From contig OY762209.1 in NCBI GenBank assembly GCA_963665295.1, positions 2,464,001 through 2,528,000 of the forward strand: a stretch of 64,000 nt of DNA, written 5' to 3'. This document shows positions 1-9,247 of the stretch, in pieces. The notes under the pieces are model-generated. The model made no database searches. It was not told the DNA's origin and worked only from the letters and a program-made list of their open reading frames with translations. Numbering within the stretch: position 1 is the stretch's first letter; each line of letters begins with the position of its first letter. The position numbers were made by a program, and so were the translations under genes. Source of the DNA: Syntrophorhabdaceae bacterium. GTDB lineage: Bacteria > Desulfobacterota > Syntrophorhabdia > Syntrophorhabdales > Syntrophorhabdaceae.

Positions 1-40
1 AAAAGAAAGCGATCAATGCAAGAACGGGTAATTGCTTCAT
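1..40 (-). CDS. 5' end of a gene running off the left edge (possible exported protein)
   Basis: ATG at 40-38 after an AGGGGG RBS; reads MKQLPVLALIAFF, which resembles a signal peptide. Confidence 0.5.
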   Translation of the reverse strand, partial: MKQLPVLALIAFF

Positions 41-132
41 GAAGCCCCCTTACGGTATGAATATGGATTATAATACATGCATCTACCTGAAATGTCAAGG
101 TTTTGGTTTGTGTGCCCCATCGCGGGGGCATC

Positions 133-351
133 TCATATCATGACGGAATTCCGTGGTCGGGGAAAGAACCTTTCCACGGGAAGCCTGAGTGCGTCAGCCA
201 ATTTGAGGAACTCCTCCACTCGCACCCCTTTGTGTCCGTTCTCTATGTCCGTAAGCCACGGTTCGGTCTGACCCACCTTGCACGCGAGTTCCTGGCGGGT
301 TATTCCCTGTTTTGACCTTTCTTGCTTGATTACATTTCCCAACATTGGCAT
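133..351 (-). CDS. XRE-family helix-turn-helix regulator
   Basis: IKQERSKQGITRQELACKVGQTEPWLTDIENG is a typical HTH_3 pattern; GGAGG RBS upstream. Confidence 0.85.
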   Translation of the reverse strand: MPMLGNVIKQERSKQGITRQELACKVGQTEPWLTDIENGHKGVRVEEFLKLADALRLPVERFFPRPRNSVMI

Positions 352-425
352 CTTCCACCTCCGGGGTTTTGCTGCCGGGCCTCCCGTGCGTCACATGCGG
401 GGCGCACGGGAGGCTTTGGAAACCT

Positions 426-1262
426 TTATTTCACGATTACCTGTACGGGACCATGGAAGGTGCTCGTCCCGTGAATGTCCACATCTTCCAGTTTATAATA
501 GTAGGTCTTCTTATGTTTAATGTCTTTATCGGCATAGGAGTAAGAGGATCCCTTGACCACGGTTCCTTTTGCGGGGACGATGCGCGGGTTGATCCGTTCG
601 TATTCGCCCGTCTTGCCGTCAAACTTCACTATGTAGAACCCCGCATTCTCGAACTCCGAGGCGGTCGCCCACTTAAGCGTCACCTTTCCGCCGGAATATG
701 TCGCGGTGAAGGTTTTCAATGTGATGAGGCTGTACTGGGCCTCGCAGGATATCGCATAGTCTCCGTAGAACCACCACCGGGGTCCGTCGCCCTCGATGTC
801 GCCGCCGAAGGCGGTTTCAAGCTCCATCTTGCCGTCGCCGTTACTGTCCATATTCACCTCGGCGTGGGTTACCACGTAGACCGCCTTGCCGCAGGCCTGG
901 CTCTCCTCGGCGATGCCGAGGGAGGAGAGGGGGATGGCGAGGGTGGAGGTGGTAAGGCCGGTGGCATCCACTTTCCAGGGGAACTGACCCGGCACGGGGA
1001 TGCCCTGCTTATTGGCGGGCACCATGGCGATGTCCGTTCCCGCCCACATGTGGAGGGTCCCGAAAGTGGCCCCCTTGAAGGTCAATGCATAAGTGACATA
1101 GAGGTTCGAGCCGTCGTTACTCACCGTGACCGTTCCTGCTTTGATGGTCTTTCCTGCCGTCAGGTCCCAGGTGACGGCGGAGACGGTTGCCTGGGCCCGT
1201 GCCGACATGATGAGCACAAAGCCGATGGCGACGAGTCCTATTACCATGAGTGTCTTTTTCAT
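426..1262 (-). CDS. secreted hypothetical protein with a C-terminal Ig/FN3-like domain
   Basis: Signal peptide MKKTLMVIGLVAIGFVLIMSARAQA; C-terminal LKWATASEFENAGF...YSYAD...YYYKLEDVD motif. Confidence 0.75.
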   Translation of the reverse strand: MKKTLMVIGLVAIGFVLIMSARAQATVSAVTWDLTAGKTIKAGTVTVSNDGSNLYVTYALTFKGATFGTLHMWAGTDIAMVPANKQGIPVPGQFPWKVDATGLTTSTLAIPLSSLGIAEESQACGKAVYVVTHAEVNMDSNGDGKMELETAFGGDIEGDGPRWWFYGDYAISCEAQYSLITLKTFTATYSGGKVTLKWATASEFENAGFYIVKFDGKTGEYERINPRIVPAKGTVVKGSSYSYADKDIKHKKTYYYKLEDVDIHGTSTFHGPVQVIVK

Positions 1263-1343
1263 TGTCTGTTTCTCCTTTCCTTTGAATACTAGGTTCATCT
1301 TGATAGTCCTCACTGTTTCCCGGTGGAACGGCGGCATTTACGT

Positions 1344-1637
1344 TTACGCCAGGAACCTCAATCCTGCTTTATAAGACCCCTCGAAGGGCTGCACCCACAT
1401 CACTTCCGCGAAAACCGGCACGGCCACATTCAAGCCACTGAGGGGGATCAGAAGTTTCAGGATTTCTCCTTGTTTCGCCATGTAGGGAGCTACAAGTCCC
1501 AAACCTCCGTTGCTGATGTCCGTAGAGGAGCCGTTCAAGCAAACCACGCCTGTACGATTTTCTCCTGTAAGCATCGATTCAAAAGAAATCTCCTCTGAAA
1601 AACCTTTTCTCGTAATCTTTCTGCTATCCTGGTCCAT
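1344..1637 (-). CDS. PilZ domain protein
   Basis: RKITR and DISNGGL motifs; ends AEVMWV...KAGLRF. Confidence 0.8.
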   Translation of the reverse strand: MDQDSRKITRKGFSEEISFESMLTGENRTGVVCLNGSSTDISNGGLGLVAPYMAKQGEILKLLIPLSGLNVAVPVFAEVMWVQPFEGSYKAGLRFLA

Positions 1638-1694
1638 CCTTCTCTCCGTCTTTCTTTTTATACATATAGTGTAGACCGGCGGCCGCGCCCCAAC

Positions 1695-1714
1695 AATCCC
1701 ACGAAAGTAGGATT
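1695..1714. promoter_or_regulatory. imperfect palindrome AATCCCAC-GAAA-GTAGGATT, candidate binding site for the adjacent LuxR/NarL-type regulator
   Basis: 8-bp arms with one mismatch, in the divergent PilZ/LuxR intergenic region. Confidence 0.4.
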
Positions 1715-1777
1715 TTCATCCATGGAAGCAGGATTCTTGACTTTTTCCCTGACTTAGACGATAAGTATAATCAGATC

Positions 1778-2308
1778 ATGGACGATATCGCCGATATAAT
1801 TATGCGCCGTTCGGCGCCGGGTATACTGATCTTCGACCAGACCGGTGTGCTCCTTTTTACGAACGCTGAAGCCTCGGAACTGGTCTCGGCACACCCCTCC
1901 CTTGTGGGGGAGAGCCGGACCCTCTGCGCTCGCGTGAAGGCTGCCTCGGACGCCTGTCCCGAGGAAAGGGATATTAAGTTGGCGGCTGTGGGCGGGGACG
2001 GGCCCGGTCCTCAATACGCCTTGAGGGCCTTCATAGTAGGGGAGGAAGGGGGCAACCAGAGGCACATTATCGTCTTGATCGAAAAGGTGGTGGGGAAACG
2101 CAATCTCGACCTTGAAGGCGCGAAAAAGAGGTTCAACCTGTCGAAACGGGAACTGGAAGTGACGACCCTCATACACGAGGGGCTCACCAACAAGGCCATA
2201 TCCGACCGGCTTTTCATAAGCGAACAGACCGTGAAGGACCACATCAGGCATATCATGGGAAAGGTGGGCGTCAGTTCCCGTGGAGCCCTGCTCGCCGCCT
2301 TGCAGTGA
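1778..2308 (+). CDS. LuxR-family transcriptional regulator (PAS-like N-terminus plus C-terminal HTH)
   Basis: LSKRELEVTTLIHEGLTNKAISDRLFISEQTVKDHIRHIMGKVGV. Confidence 0.9.
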   Translation: MDDIADIIMRRSAPGILIFDQTGVLLFTNAEASELVSAHPSLVGESRTLCARVKAASDACPEERDIKLAAVGGDGPGPQYALRAFIVGEEGGNQRHIIVLIEKVVGKRNLDLEGAKKRFNLSKRELEVTTLIHEGLTNKAISDRLFISEQTVKDHIRHIMGKVGVSSRGALLAALQ

Positions 2309-2360
2309 GTTTTAGGGTGATTGTCCGAGCGGGTCCAGCGGCCGATGTAAAAGGGGAACG

Positions 2361-2825
2361 CTACTTTTCTATTTCATATCCTTTGCTTCGCCACTCGGGA
2401 TAGCCACCCATGAAGGTGAAGACGTTCTTGTAGCCGGCCCTTTTTGCTGCGACCGCAGCGGTGACCGAGGGCATTCAGCCCGCCCCCCTGCAATAGAATA
2501 CAATGACCGCATCCTTATCCCCGGGGAGAAACCTGTCTGCGATTTCCACTTTTTCCTGTGATATGAGGATGGCCCCAGGCACGTGTCCCTGGAGATACTC
2601 GGCTTCGCTCCTGGTGTCAACCACGACAGGCTTTGTATCCGCGGCAAGCATCTTCTTCAGTTGTTCGGCGTGGAGGTTTGCGACATCGTCGGGACTGCAC
2701 GCGAAAGTGGAGAGGGCGAGCAGGATGAGGAGGACGACACCCGCGGCGAAGGGTCTCCCGGCGGACGATGTCCGACCTTTTCTGTCTTCGGGGCCTCTAT
2801 ATCTTTTCACGAAAAATCCGGGCAA
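2361..2825 (-). CDS. rhodanese-domain lipoprotein, probable selenoprotein (in-frame TGA at 2477-2475)
   Basis: The rhodanese domain (VVDTRSEAEYLQGHVPGA...VFYCRGAG) continues in frame past TGA as MPSVTAAVAAKRAGYKNVFTFMGGYPEWRSKGYEIEK; a hairpin follows the TGA; lipobox-like STFAC; start codon uncertain. Confidence 0.8.
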
Positions 2826-4260
2826 TGGTTTCCGCAGCCTCCCTCAACTGTTCACGGCTCAATTTCAAGCCCTGGGATGTGGTGTCCGGCGCGGCTTCGA
2901 TGCGAAAGATCCGCTCCTCCATCTCAGCCTGTTTCTTCATTCCCGGAGGTGGTTCGGGAGTGACGCCTATGGCCTTTTCCACGTCTTCCGGGAATTTGCC
3001 CGGATCGGCGGTTTCGTAAATTACCGCGGGTTGACCGTGGCGTCCGTTGAGGTATTCATCAAGGGTCCGCCAGCCCACGGCCCCATGGGGATCGAGGATA
3101 ATCCCGTATTTGTCGAAAACCTCTTTTATGGTCGCGTAGTGCTCCGGGTTGGTAACGGGCATGGAAAAGATATCCTGTCTCATGGCCTCCATATCGGGCA
3201 TCCTGTCTATTATACCCGGCTTTACCACCTTTCCTGTGGCGGGGTCCATCTCATCGTACATGTGGCCTCCATAAAAATCCACAAGCCGGGCAAGGTTGCT
3301 GGGATGGGAGACGATCATGGCGGAGGATGGCGATTTTACGGAAGGTCTTACCTCGTACGTGCCGGTGGAGAGGAAATCGGGGAACTCCGTGTTCTCGTTG
3401 ACCCCGCAAATTATCCTTGATATGGGAAGCCCCATCTGTTTTGCAATGACCGTACCCATCATGTCTCCGAAGTTCCCCGAGGGCACGCTTGCGATCATAG
3501 GTTCGCCGTTACGGGCGACCCTTGAATAGGCGAAGAAGGGATAAACCGCCTGAGGCAGGAGCCTTCCCAGGCTTATGGAGTTTGCCGAGGTGAGCCTTCC
3601 CTCGTCGCCGAAGGCTTCTTTCGCAAAGGCCTTGTCGCTGAGAAGGTTCTTTGCGAGGGCCTGGCACACATCGAAGTCTCCGTTCACCTCGAAGGCATAG
3701 ACGTTGCCGCCGAGGGTGGTCATCTGACGCCTCTGGCCCGCGCTTATGGATCCCTTCGGAAAGAAGACGATATTATCCACGTTTCCGAGACCGTACAGGG
3801 CATCCGCAACGGCCCCTCCGGTATCGCCGCTGGTGGCAACGACGACCACCTTTCTCGATCCCATCTGTCCGAGGAAATAGTTGAGCATCCTCGCGAAAAA
3901 CCGGGCGGCATAGTCCTTGAAAGAGTACGTGGGGCCCTTGGTGAGCCACATTATATAGGTCTTCCCTGTCACGTGCATGACTTCGGTGGGAATCTTATCT
4001 TCCCTGTACGCGTCCTGAAGGAGGTCCCTGAGGGCCTCTTCCGGGATCTCGGTCCCGAGAAACGGGTTGAGGACTTCAAAGGCGATCCGGGCATAAGACA
4101 TGGAGGCCATGGAGGCGAGACACTCCTCTTCAATCCTGGGGATATCGTCCCTTGCGATCATATACAGGCCGTAATCAGAGCCCAGTCCATTGAGCAGGGC
4201 GGTTCTGAAATTGACCCGCTCCGCCCTGTTGTTGGTGCTGTAAAAAGTTATAGGTCTCAC
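2797..4260 (-). CDS. thrC: threonine synthase
   Basis: GPTYSFKDY (PLP lysine), ATSGDTG, NSISLGRLLPQ, VPSGNFG, DPHGAV. Confidence 0.95.
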   Translation of the reverse strand: MRPITFYSTNNRAERVNFRTALLNGLGSDYGLYMIARDDIPRIEEECLASMASMSYARIAFEVLNPFLGTEIPEEALRDLLQDAYREDKIPTEVMHVTGKTYIMWLTKGPTYSFKDYAARFFARMLNYFLGQMGSRKVVVVATSGDTGGAVADALYGLGNVDNIVFFPKGSISAGQRRQMTTLGGNVYAFEVNGDFDVCQALAKNLLSDKAFAKEAFGDEGRLTSANSISLGRLLPQAVYPFFAYSRVARNGEPMIASVPSGNFGDMMGTVIAKQMGLPISRIICGVNENTEFPDFLSTGTYEVRPSVKSPSSAMIVSHPSNLARLVDFYGGHMYDEMDPATGKVVKPGIIDRMPDMEAMRQDIFSMPVTNPEHYATIKEVFDKYGIILDPHGAVGWRTLDEYLNGRHGQPAVIYETADPGKFPEDVEKAIGVTPEPPPGMKKQAEMEERIFRIEAAPDTTSQGLKLSREQLREAAETIARIFREKI

Positions 4261-4472
4261 CGTGCGGTACCCCTTGTTTCCATTGTTTATTTTAGTAGTG
4301 TCGTCCCGTTTAGCATACAGGATGTGGGCGCCTTTTTCAACTCATTGCAGCCCCTTTTCCGGGTCGTTTACCGCGGGTTTTGCTTTTTCCAAGGAGAGTA
4401 TGTTACATTAGTGAAGAGCCCCGGTATCTTAAGAGGGGGAAGAAAGCTGCGGGCGGACAATGGAGGTGAACC

Positions 4473-5048
4473 CTGAAAAGGTTAATATTATTCCTGTCCT
4501 GCGGTTATTTTTTACTCTCCTTTTTTATATGCCCCGGTTTCGCCCAGGATACGGCGGAAGGGCGACATCAGGAAGGGGCAGGGGAGACAAGGCAAAACGG
4601 GAAAGACACTTCCCTCCATGCGTACTATCAGCAGTATCTCAATCCTTACTTGGCTACATCCCGGACAAAGTCGGGCGATAAGTACGGCGCCGGCGGGGAT
4701 AAAGTCGTCCCCGGCACCACACCACCCGGAAGCCTTCTTTCTACCGACTTTTCGACGGGCAGTACGGGGAGTACCCAGACCGGGTCTGCCCAGGGAGCCA
4801 AAAAGGAAGTGGGGGGAAGGACATACTTCAGCCTGAGCAGAGTCGACAGCATCGGCTTGAGCGAGATGAACAAGAGTTTCCCCCAGCTCTACAAGAAGGA
4901 ATACATAGCGGAACTGGCCCTCGGCATCAAGTTGAGCCCCCTTCTCGACCTTTCTCTCGGCAAGGTCCAGAAATTCGAGCGGCCCGAAGGGTCCCCCTGG
5001 GAGGCCCATGATGACGGCTGGAGGATACGGCTGAAGAAGGACTTCTAG
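4473..5048 (+). CDS. exported hypothetical protein with a probable CTG start; possible outer-membrane protein
   Basis: GGAGGT RBS, then CTG at 4473 in frame with ORF 4650-5048, giving signal peptide (M)KRLILFLSCGYFLLSFFICPGFA; C-terminal WRIRLKKDF. Confidence 0.65.
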   Translation: MKRLILFLSCGYFLLSFFICPGFAQDTAEGRHQEGAGETRQNGKDTSLHAYYQQYLNPYLATSRTKSGDKYGAGGDKVVPGTTPPGSLLSTDFSTGSTGSTQTGSAQGAKKEVGGRTYFSLSRVDSIGLSEMNKSFPQLYKKEYIAELALGIKLSPLLDLSLGKVQKFERPEGSPWEAHDDGWRIRLKKDF

Positions 5049-6415
5049 GACCGGCTTGTCGCCTGAGGCCCGGCGGCGCTCCATCCCAGCCACTTTGCCG
5101 CGAGGTATCTTCTCGTCATGAGAAGGGCCATGACGAATTGCGACAGGTTCATGACCCACCACACCGAGAGGGCGCCCATGCCCAAACTTACCACGAAGAT
5201 GTAGCACAGCGGCACTCTCACGAGCCACACCGAGAGGGCCACGATGACCATTACGCCCTTGGTGTCTCCCGCGCCGTTCAGACCTCCCCCGAGGATGATG
5301 CCCCATGCCATGAAGGGCTCACTTATCATGGCGATATAGATGTATTTGACGCTTTCGGCAATGACGATGTTGTTGTCGGAGAGCATGGACACGATCCATC
5401 GGGCATTCACGATCACCGCAAGGGTGAGGATGGAGACGGTAATGACCCCCATTACGGCGGTGACGATGCCGCCGTGAAAGGCGTCGGTCTTTCTCTGACC
5501 TCCCACGAGGTTCCCCACGATAACCGCATTTGCCATATTGAAGGCAAAAGCAGGGAGATAGATGGCGGATTCTATGCGAAGACCGGTGGACAGGGCGGCG
5601 AGGATTTCCACGCTGTGCCGGGGCAGGGTGCTCAGTATGAGGAATATGGCCATGGCGTTGAGCTGCCAGAGCACCTGGAGCAACCCCGAAGGCCAGCCGA
5701 TGGAGATGATCTTGCTCGTGACAGGGAGGGAAAAGCGTTTCGTGCCGGGGGCCAATACCCATAGGCGCCTGAGGTTCACCATGCTCCCCACGAACATGGC
5801 GATTGCCGTTGCGAGGGCGATCCCGCGGTAGCCCAGAGAGGTGTGGAATACGAAGACGAAGATGAGAACCACGTTCGTGACGCACACGAGGGCCTGCGTT
5901 TTCAACGAGACTTTCACCTGTTTGCACGCCCTCAGAATACCGTTGCTGTTGATGAGGATATAGCTGAAGAGGACTCCCGCCGCGTATATCCGGGCGAGTT
6001 CTTTCGCATAGGGTTTCAGGGCCTGAGGTATGTTGACCAGGTCGATCAGGGCAGGGGAGAAGATGACGCCCGCAAGACCGAACACCAAACCCGCGATCAC
6101 GGTGGTCACGAGTGTGGAGTAAACGGCGTCCGACAACTCGTTCTTTTTGCCTGACGCGAAGAGTTGTGAAATGACCGCCACGGTCCCCACGGTGAGGGCG
6201 TTCCCGATGATAATGAAGACAAAATAAAGCTGGATTACGAACCCGTATGTGGCCTGGATTTCCTTGCCGATCTTTCCCGCCGCGTAGATGTCGGTGATGC
6301 CGACAAGAAAATCGAAGAACATGATCAGTGTCATGGGCCAGCACTGTGCCCAACTCTCGGACGCAAAGGACCTGATGTCCTTCCGCGTGAGCAGACCTTT
6401 AAGATTCAAAACCAT
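5045..6415 (-). CDS. MATE family efflux transporter
   Basis: 456 aa with many hydrophobic segments; ILRACKQVK and GLNGAGDTK MATE motifs. Confidence 0.9.
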   Translation of the reverse strand: MVLNLKGLLTRKDIRSFASESWAQCWPMTLIMFFDFLVGITDIYAAGKIGKEIQATYGFVIQLYFVFIIIGNALTVGTVAVISQLFASGKKNELSDAVYSTLVTTVIAGLVFGLAGVIFSPALIDLVNIPQALKPYAKELARIYAAGVLFSYILINSNGILRACKQVKVSLKTQALVCVTNVVLIFVFVFHTSLGYRGIALATAIAMFVGSMVNLRRLWVLAPGTKRFSLPVTSKIISIGWPSGLLQVLWQLNAMAIFLILSTLPRHSVEILAALSTGLRIESAIYLPAFAFNMANAVIVGNLVGGQRKTDAFHGGIVTAVMGVITVSILTLAVIVNARWIVSMLSDNNIVIAESVKYIYIAMISEPFMAWGIILGGGLNGAGDTKGVMVIVALSVWLVRVPLCYIFVVSLGMGALSVWWVMNLSQFVMALLMTRRYLAAKWLGWSAAGPQATSRS

Positions 6416-6495
6416 ATATAGCCTTCAAAGGCGGTCGTCCGCCTGCATGTGCCCCGGCGCCGCCTTTCATTCTGGATCGCTACGGGAGATGGTAA

Positions 6496-7008
6496 TCAAC
6501 CCGCGTCTTCGTTGCCCCTTTCCTTTACATAAAGCCAGCCCACGGGGTCGGTAAGGTATTCTATGCCGTCGAGGATGCGGAGATAGTGCCCCCTTTCTTC
6601 GTAGGAGAGGGTCAGGTAAAACCTCTTCTCAAAAGGGTTCCCTGTCTCGCGGGCCAGGGCCTCATAATAGGTGATGCTTTTTTCCTCCCTGTCGAGCCCG
6701 AAGCGGAGTGCCTCGAGATCGCCTTCGGAAGCCCTGGCTTTCTCTATGAGAGACTCCTTGAAAACCTTTTCGAGGTTATTCGGTGCGTGGGTCGAGGTGA
6801 TCCATTCCTTCAGAGACTTGTTCTCGCTCAAATCCTTATATATCCTTCTTATCATGACAATGTGGTAATCCTCCTCGAGGGCAAGTTCCTCGAATATCTT
6901 CTTTGCAAGAATGCTCTTTACCTTTTCCATGGATTGAAGATAGAACCGTTTTCCCTCTTCTTCCATCTCGATGGCCTGCTTTAATGCGGTCACGCTGTCC
7001 AATGCCAT
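6496..7008 (-). CDS. ferritin-like/rubrerythrin family protein
   Basis: AIEMEEEGKRFY, LALEEDYH, EEKSITYY and EERGHY diiron motifs. Confidence 0.9.
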   Translation of the reverse strand: MALDSVTALKQAIEMEEEGKRFYLQSMEKVKSILAKKIFEELALEEDYHIVMIRRIYKDLSENKSLKEWITSTHAPNNLEKVFKESLIEKARASEGDLEALRFGLDREEKSITYYEALARETGNPFEKRFYLTLSYEERGHYLRILDGIEYLTDPVGWLYVKERGNEDAG

Positions 7009-7021
7009 TTTGAGTCCTCCT

Positions 7022-8395
7022 TTACCCGCCTTTTTTTATTTGGTTTGCCGCCACATGAGCGGCGATGAGAATAGGGTCCCACACTGTTGCAAAGGGAGGA
7101 GCGTAGGCGAGGTCAAGCCTCGATACGTCCTCCACGGTCATCCTCGCATGGAGGCAGGCGGCAAGGGTGTCGATCCTGTGCGCCACGCCTTCTTTTCCTA
7201 CCATCTGCGCCCCGAGAAGCCTCCCTGTTCCCTGTTCCACGATGTAGGAGACTATGATCGGCTTTCCCGCCGGATACGCGCTGCTCCTCGAACGGCCCTG
7301 GATAGTCGAGGTGAAGTGGGCCAAGCCCTCCCTCTCCGCCTCCATGGCCGAGAGTCCCGTTCTCGCCACCTCCAGGTCGAAAACCTTGGTTACCGCAGTC
7401 CCCACGATGCCGTCGAAGACCTTGCCGGCTCCCGCCGCATTCTCGCCCGCGACGCGACCCTGCTTGTTCGCCGTGGTGCCGAGGGGCACATATACCTTCT
7501 TCCCCGTCACCAGGTGGATCGCCTCCGCACAATCACCTGCCGCGTAAATGTCCGGAACGCTCGTCTTCATAAATTCGTCCACCCTGATCGCCCCGCTCAC
7601 GCCTAGTTCCAGGCCCGCGTCCTTTGCGAGAAGCGAATTGGGCCGCGCTCCCACGCAGAGGAGGGCGAGGTCCGCTTCGAATTCCCCTTTATCCGTCACG
7701 ACGCCCGTTACGGTTCCGTTCTTTCCATTAAACCCCAGGACGGAAGTCTCCCTATGAAATATCACGCCTTTTGCCGCTATCTCTTTCTCTACGACTTCCG
7801 CTATCTCGGAATTCATGGTGCCCAGGACGCGATCGGTTCTTTCGATGACCGTTACGTCGAGCCCTCTCTTGCGGAATGACTCGCACATCTCCATGCCGAT
7901 ATATCCTCCGCCCACGATGACGGCCCTGGAGGGTCCCTGCCTGTCGATATACTTTTTGATGTTTATCCCATCGTCGAGGGTCCTTATAGTGAAGACATGG
8001 TCCAGGTCTATCCCGGGCAGAGGGGGCTTTACGGGCAGACCGCCCGTTGCGATCACCAGTTTGTCAAACCTTATGGGCAACTCTTCGCCTGAAGCCCTGC
8101 TTTTGACGAGGACCGACTTTTCCTTCACATCGATCTTCAATACCTCGTGACAGGTGAAGACCCGGATTCCCCGCTCTATTTCCGCCTCTTCAGGGGTCAA
8201 AGAGATGAGGTCCTTGAATTCCTTCACGTCATCGGAGATAAAATAGGGGACGCTGCATAGCCCGTAAGAAATGTAAGAGTCCTTCTCGAAGACCAGAACT
8301 TCCATCCCCGGTTTCACCCGTTTGGCGCCGCTCGCAGCGCTCATGCCTGCCGCAACACCCCCGATTACCACCAACTGTTCCTTTGGACTCATCAT
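7022..8395 (-). CDS. CoA-disulfide reductase / NADH oxidase family flavoprotein
   Basis: GGVAAG FAD motif, single redox Cys in SYGLCSVPY, GGGYIG NAD motif, YAAGDCA, DLAYAPPF. Confidence 0.9.
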   Translation of the reverse strand: MMSPKEQLVVIGGVAAGMSAASGAKRVKPGMEVLVFEKDSYISYGLCSVPYFISDDVKEFKDLISLTPEEAEIERGIRVFTCHEVLKIDVKEKSVLVKSRASGEELPIRFDKLVIATGGLPVKPPLPGIDLDHVFTIRTLDDGINIKKYIDRQGPSRAVIVGGGYIGMEMCESFRKRGLDVTVIERTDRVLGTMNSEIAEVVEKEIAAKGVIFHRETSVLGFNGKNGTVTGVVTDKGEFEADLALLCVGARPNSLLAKDAGLELGVSGAIRVDEFMKTSVPDIYAAGDCAEAIHLVTGKKVYVPLGTTANKQGRVAGENAAGAGKVFDGIVGTAVTKVFDLEVARTGLSAMEAEREGLAHFTSTIQGRSRSSAYPAGKPIIVSYIVEQGTGRLLGAQMVGKEGVAHRIDTLAACLHARMTVEDVSRLDLAYAPPFATVWDPILIAAHVAANQIKKGG

Positions 8396-8615
8396 TCGCC
8401 TCCAACGATCAATGGGACTCCATGAAGCTGTCGCGCCTCGCAGCCCCTCCCACGAGAGAAACCGCACCTGCCGGAAGGTGTCCGGCCCGTACGGGGGCCG
8501 TCGGCGATGCCCCCTTTTTAACGGAGCTTGCTAGAATATAGGCAGTTTTAAGGAGAAAAACCAGTAGAAGACCCGTCGCTTTGCCGCATTTTTCCCGTTT
8601 TTTTATGTCCGGATA

Positions 8616-8624
8616 TGGTATAAT
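8616..8624 (+). promoter_or_regulatory. extended -10 promoter (TGGTATAAT) for tRNA-Arg
   Basis: Consensus TGnTATAAT 15 nt upstream of the tRNA 5' end. Confidence 0.7.
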
Positions 8625-8639
8625 GGACATCTTGAAGAT

Positions 8640-8713
8640 GCGCCCGTAGCTCAGTTGGATAGAGTGTTGGCCTCCGAAGCCAAAGGTCGTGCGTTCAAAT
8701 CGCACCGGGCGCG
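8640..8713 (+). tRNA. tRNA-Arg(CCG), CCA not encoded; probable prophage integration site
   Basis: Acceptor stem GCGCCCG/CGGGCGC, D arm, anticodon arm TTGGC-CT-CCG-AA-GCCAA, T loop GTTCAAATC. Confidence 0.97.
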
Positions 8714-8752
8714 CTTAATATCATTAGGTTTTATGAAATGGTTTTTATCATC

Positions 8753-8784
8753 TTTGTGACTGGTTTGTGACTGGTCGTGTCCGG
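8753..8784. repeat. tandem direct repeats TTTGTGACTGG x2 plus degenerate TCGTGTCCGG; candidate integrase arm-type sites
   Basis: Seen directly, 40 bp inside the tRNA-prophage junction. Confidence 0.6.
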
Positions 8785-8785
8785 T

Positions 8786-8830
8786 AGTGGGGGGACGGAG
8801 TTGGTGGAGACGCTGGGGAGCGTCCCCACT
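8786..8830. terminator. hairpin at the end of the late operon
   Basis: AGTGGGGGGACG ... CGTCCCCACT inverted repeat; no clear U tract. Confidence 0.4.
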
Positions 8831-8842
8831 GATAGTTTTAAT

Positions 8843-9238
8843 TTACTCCCACATAACCGCTTCGGCGTTCACTGGGTGCGTATCTTTCCAAGGGATTAAG
8901 GGGATCGGCTCCTCTATCACCTGTATCGAGGGAGCGCCATCCACCTCTATTTGTCGAATATTCTTGCATCCCGCCGCAATCCACCGGGTCCAGGCTTCAA
9001 GCTCGGACTCGCCGGGCTCCGGTAAGATCGCCGCCTCCACGTACATTTTGCGGTGGATGCCGCACAGATACTCCTCGGCGTGGGCCGTGAGGTAGTCCGC
9101 AAGGGCCTGCCCCTCCAGCCTCGGGGTGTTCCCGTGCCATTTATAGGCTACGCCGCCCACAGTAAGAGTGAAGAACGTGACCTGTTCATTGCCGTCGATG
9201 ATTCTGTATCCATTGGGGGTAACTGTTATCGTATCCAT
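8843..9238 (-). CDS. phage hypothetical protein (possible fibre assembly factor)
   Basis: AGGAGG RBS; last gene of the tail module. Confidence 0.65.
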   Translation of the reverse strand: MDTITVTPNGYRIIDGNEQVTFFTLTVGGVAYKWHGNTPRLEGQALADYLTAHAEEYLCGIHRKMYVEAAILPEPGESELEAWTRWIAAGCKNIRQIEVDGAPSIQVIEEPIPLIPWKDTHPVNAEAVMWE

Positions 9239-9247
9239 AATTCCTCC

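Noticed and set aside
8400..8520. GC-rich hairpins upstream of the CoA-disulfide reductase gene as a riboswitch
   Set aside because: No recognisable aptamer consensus; stems are short for this GC content
8409..8705. 98-aa minus-strand ORF
   Set aside because: It is the antisense shadow of the tRNA and its promoter
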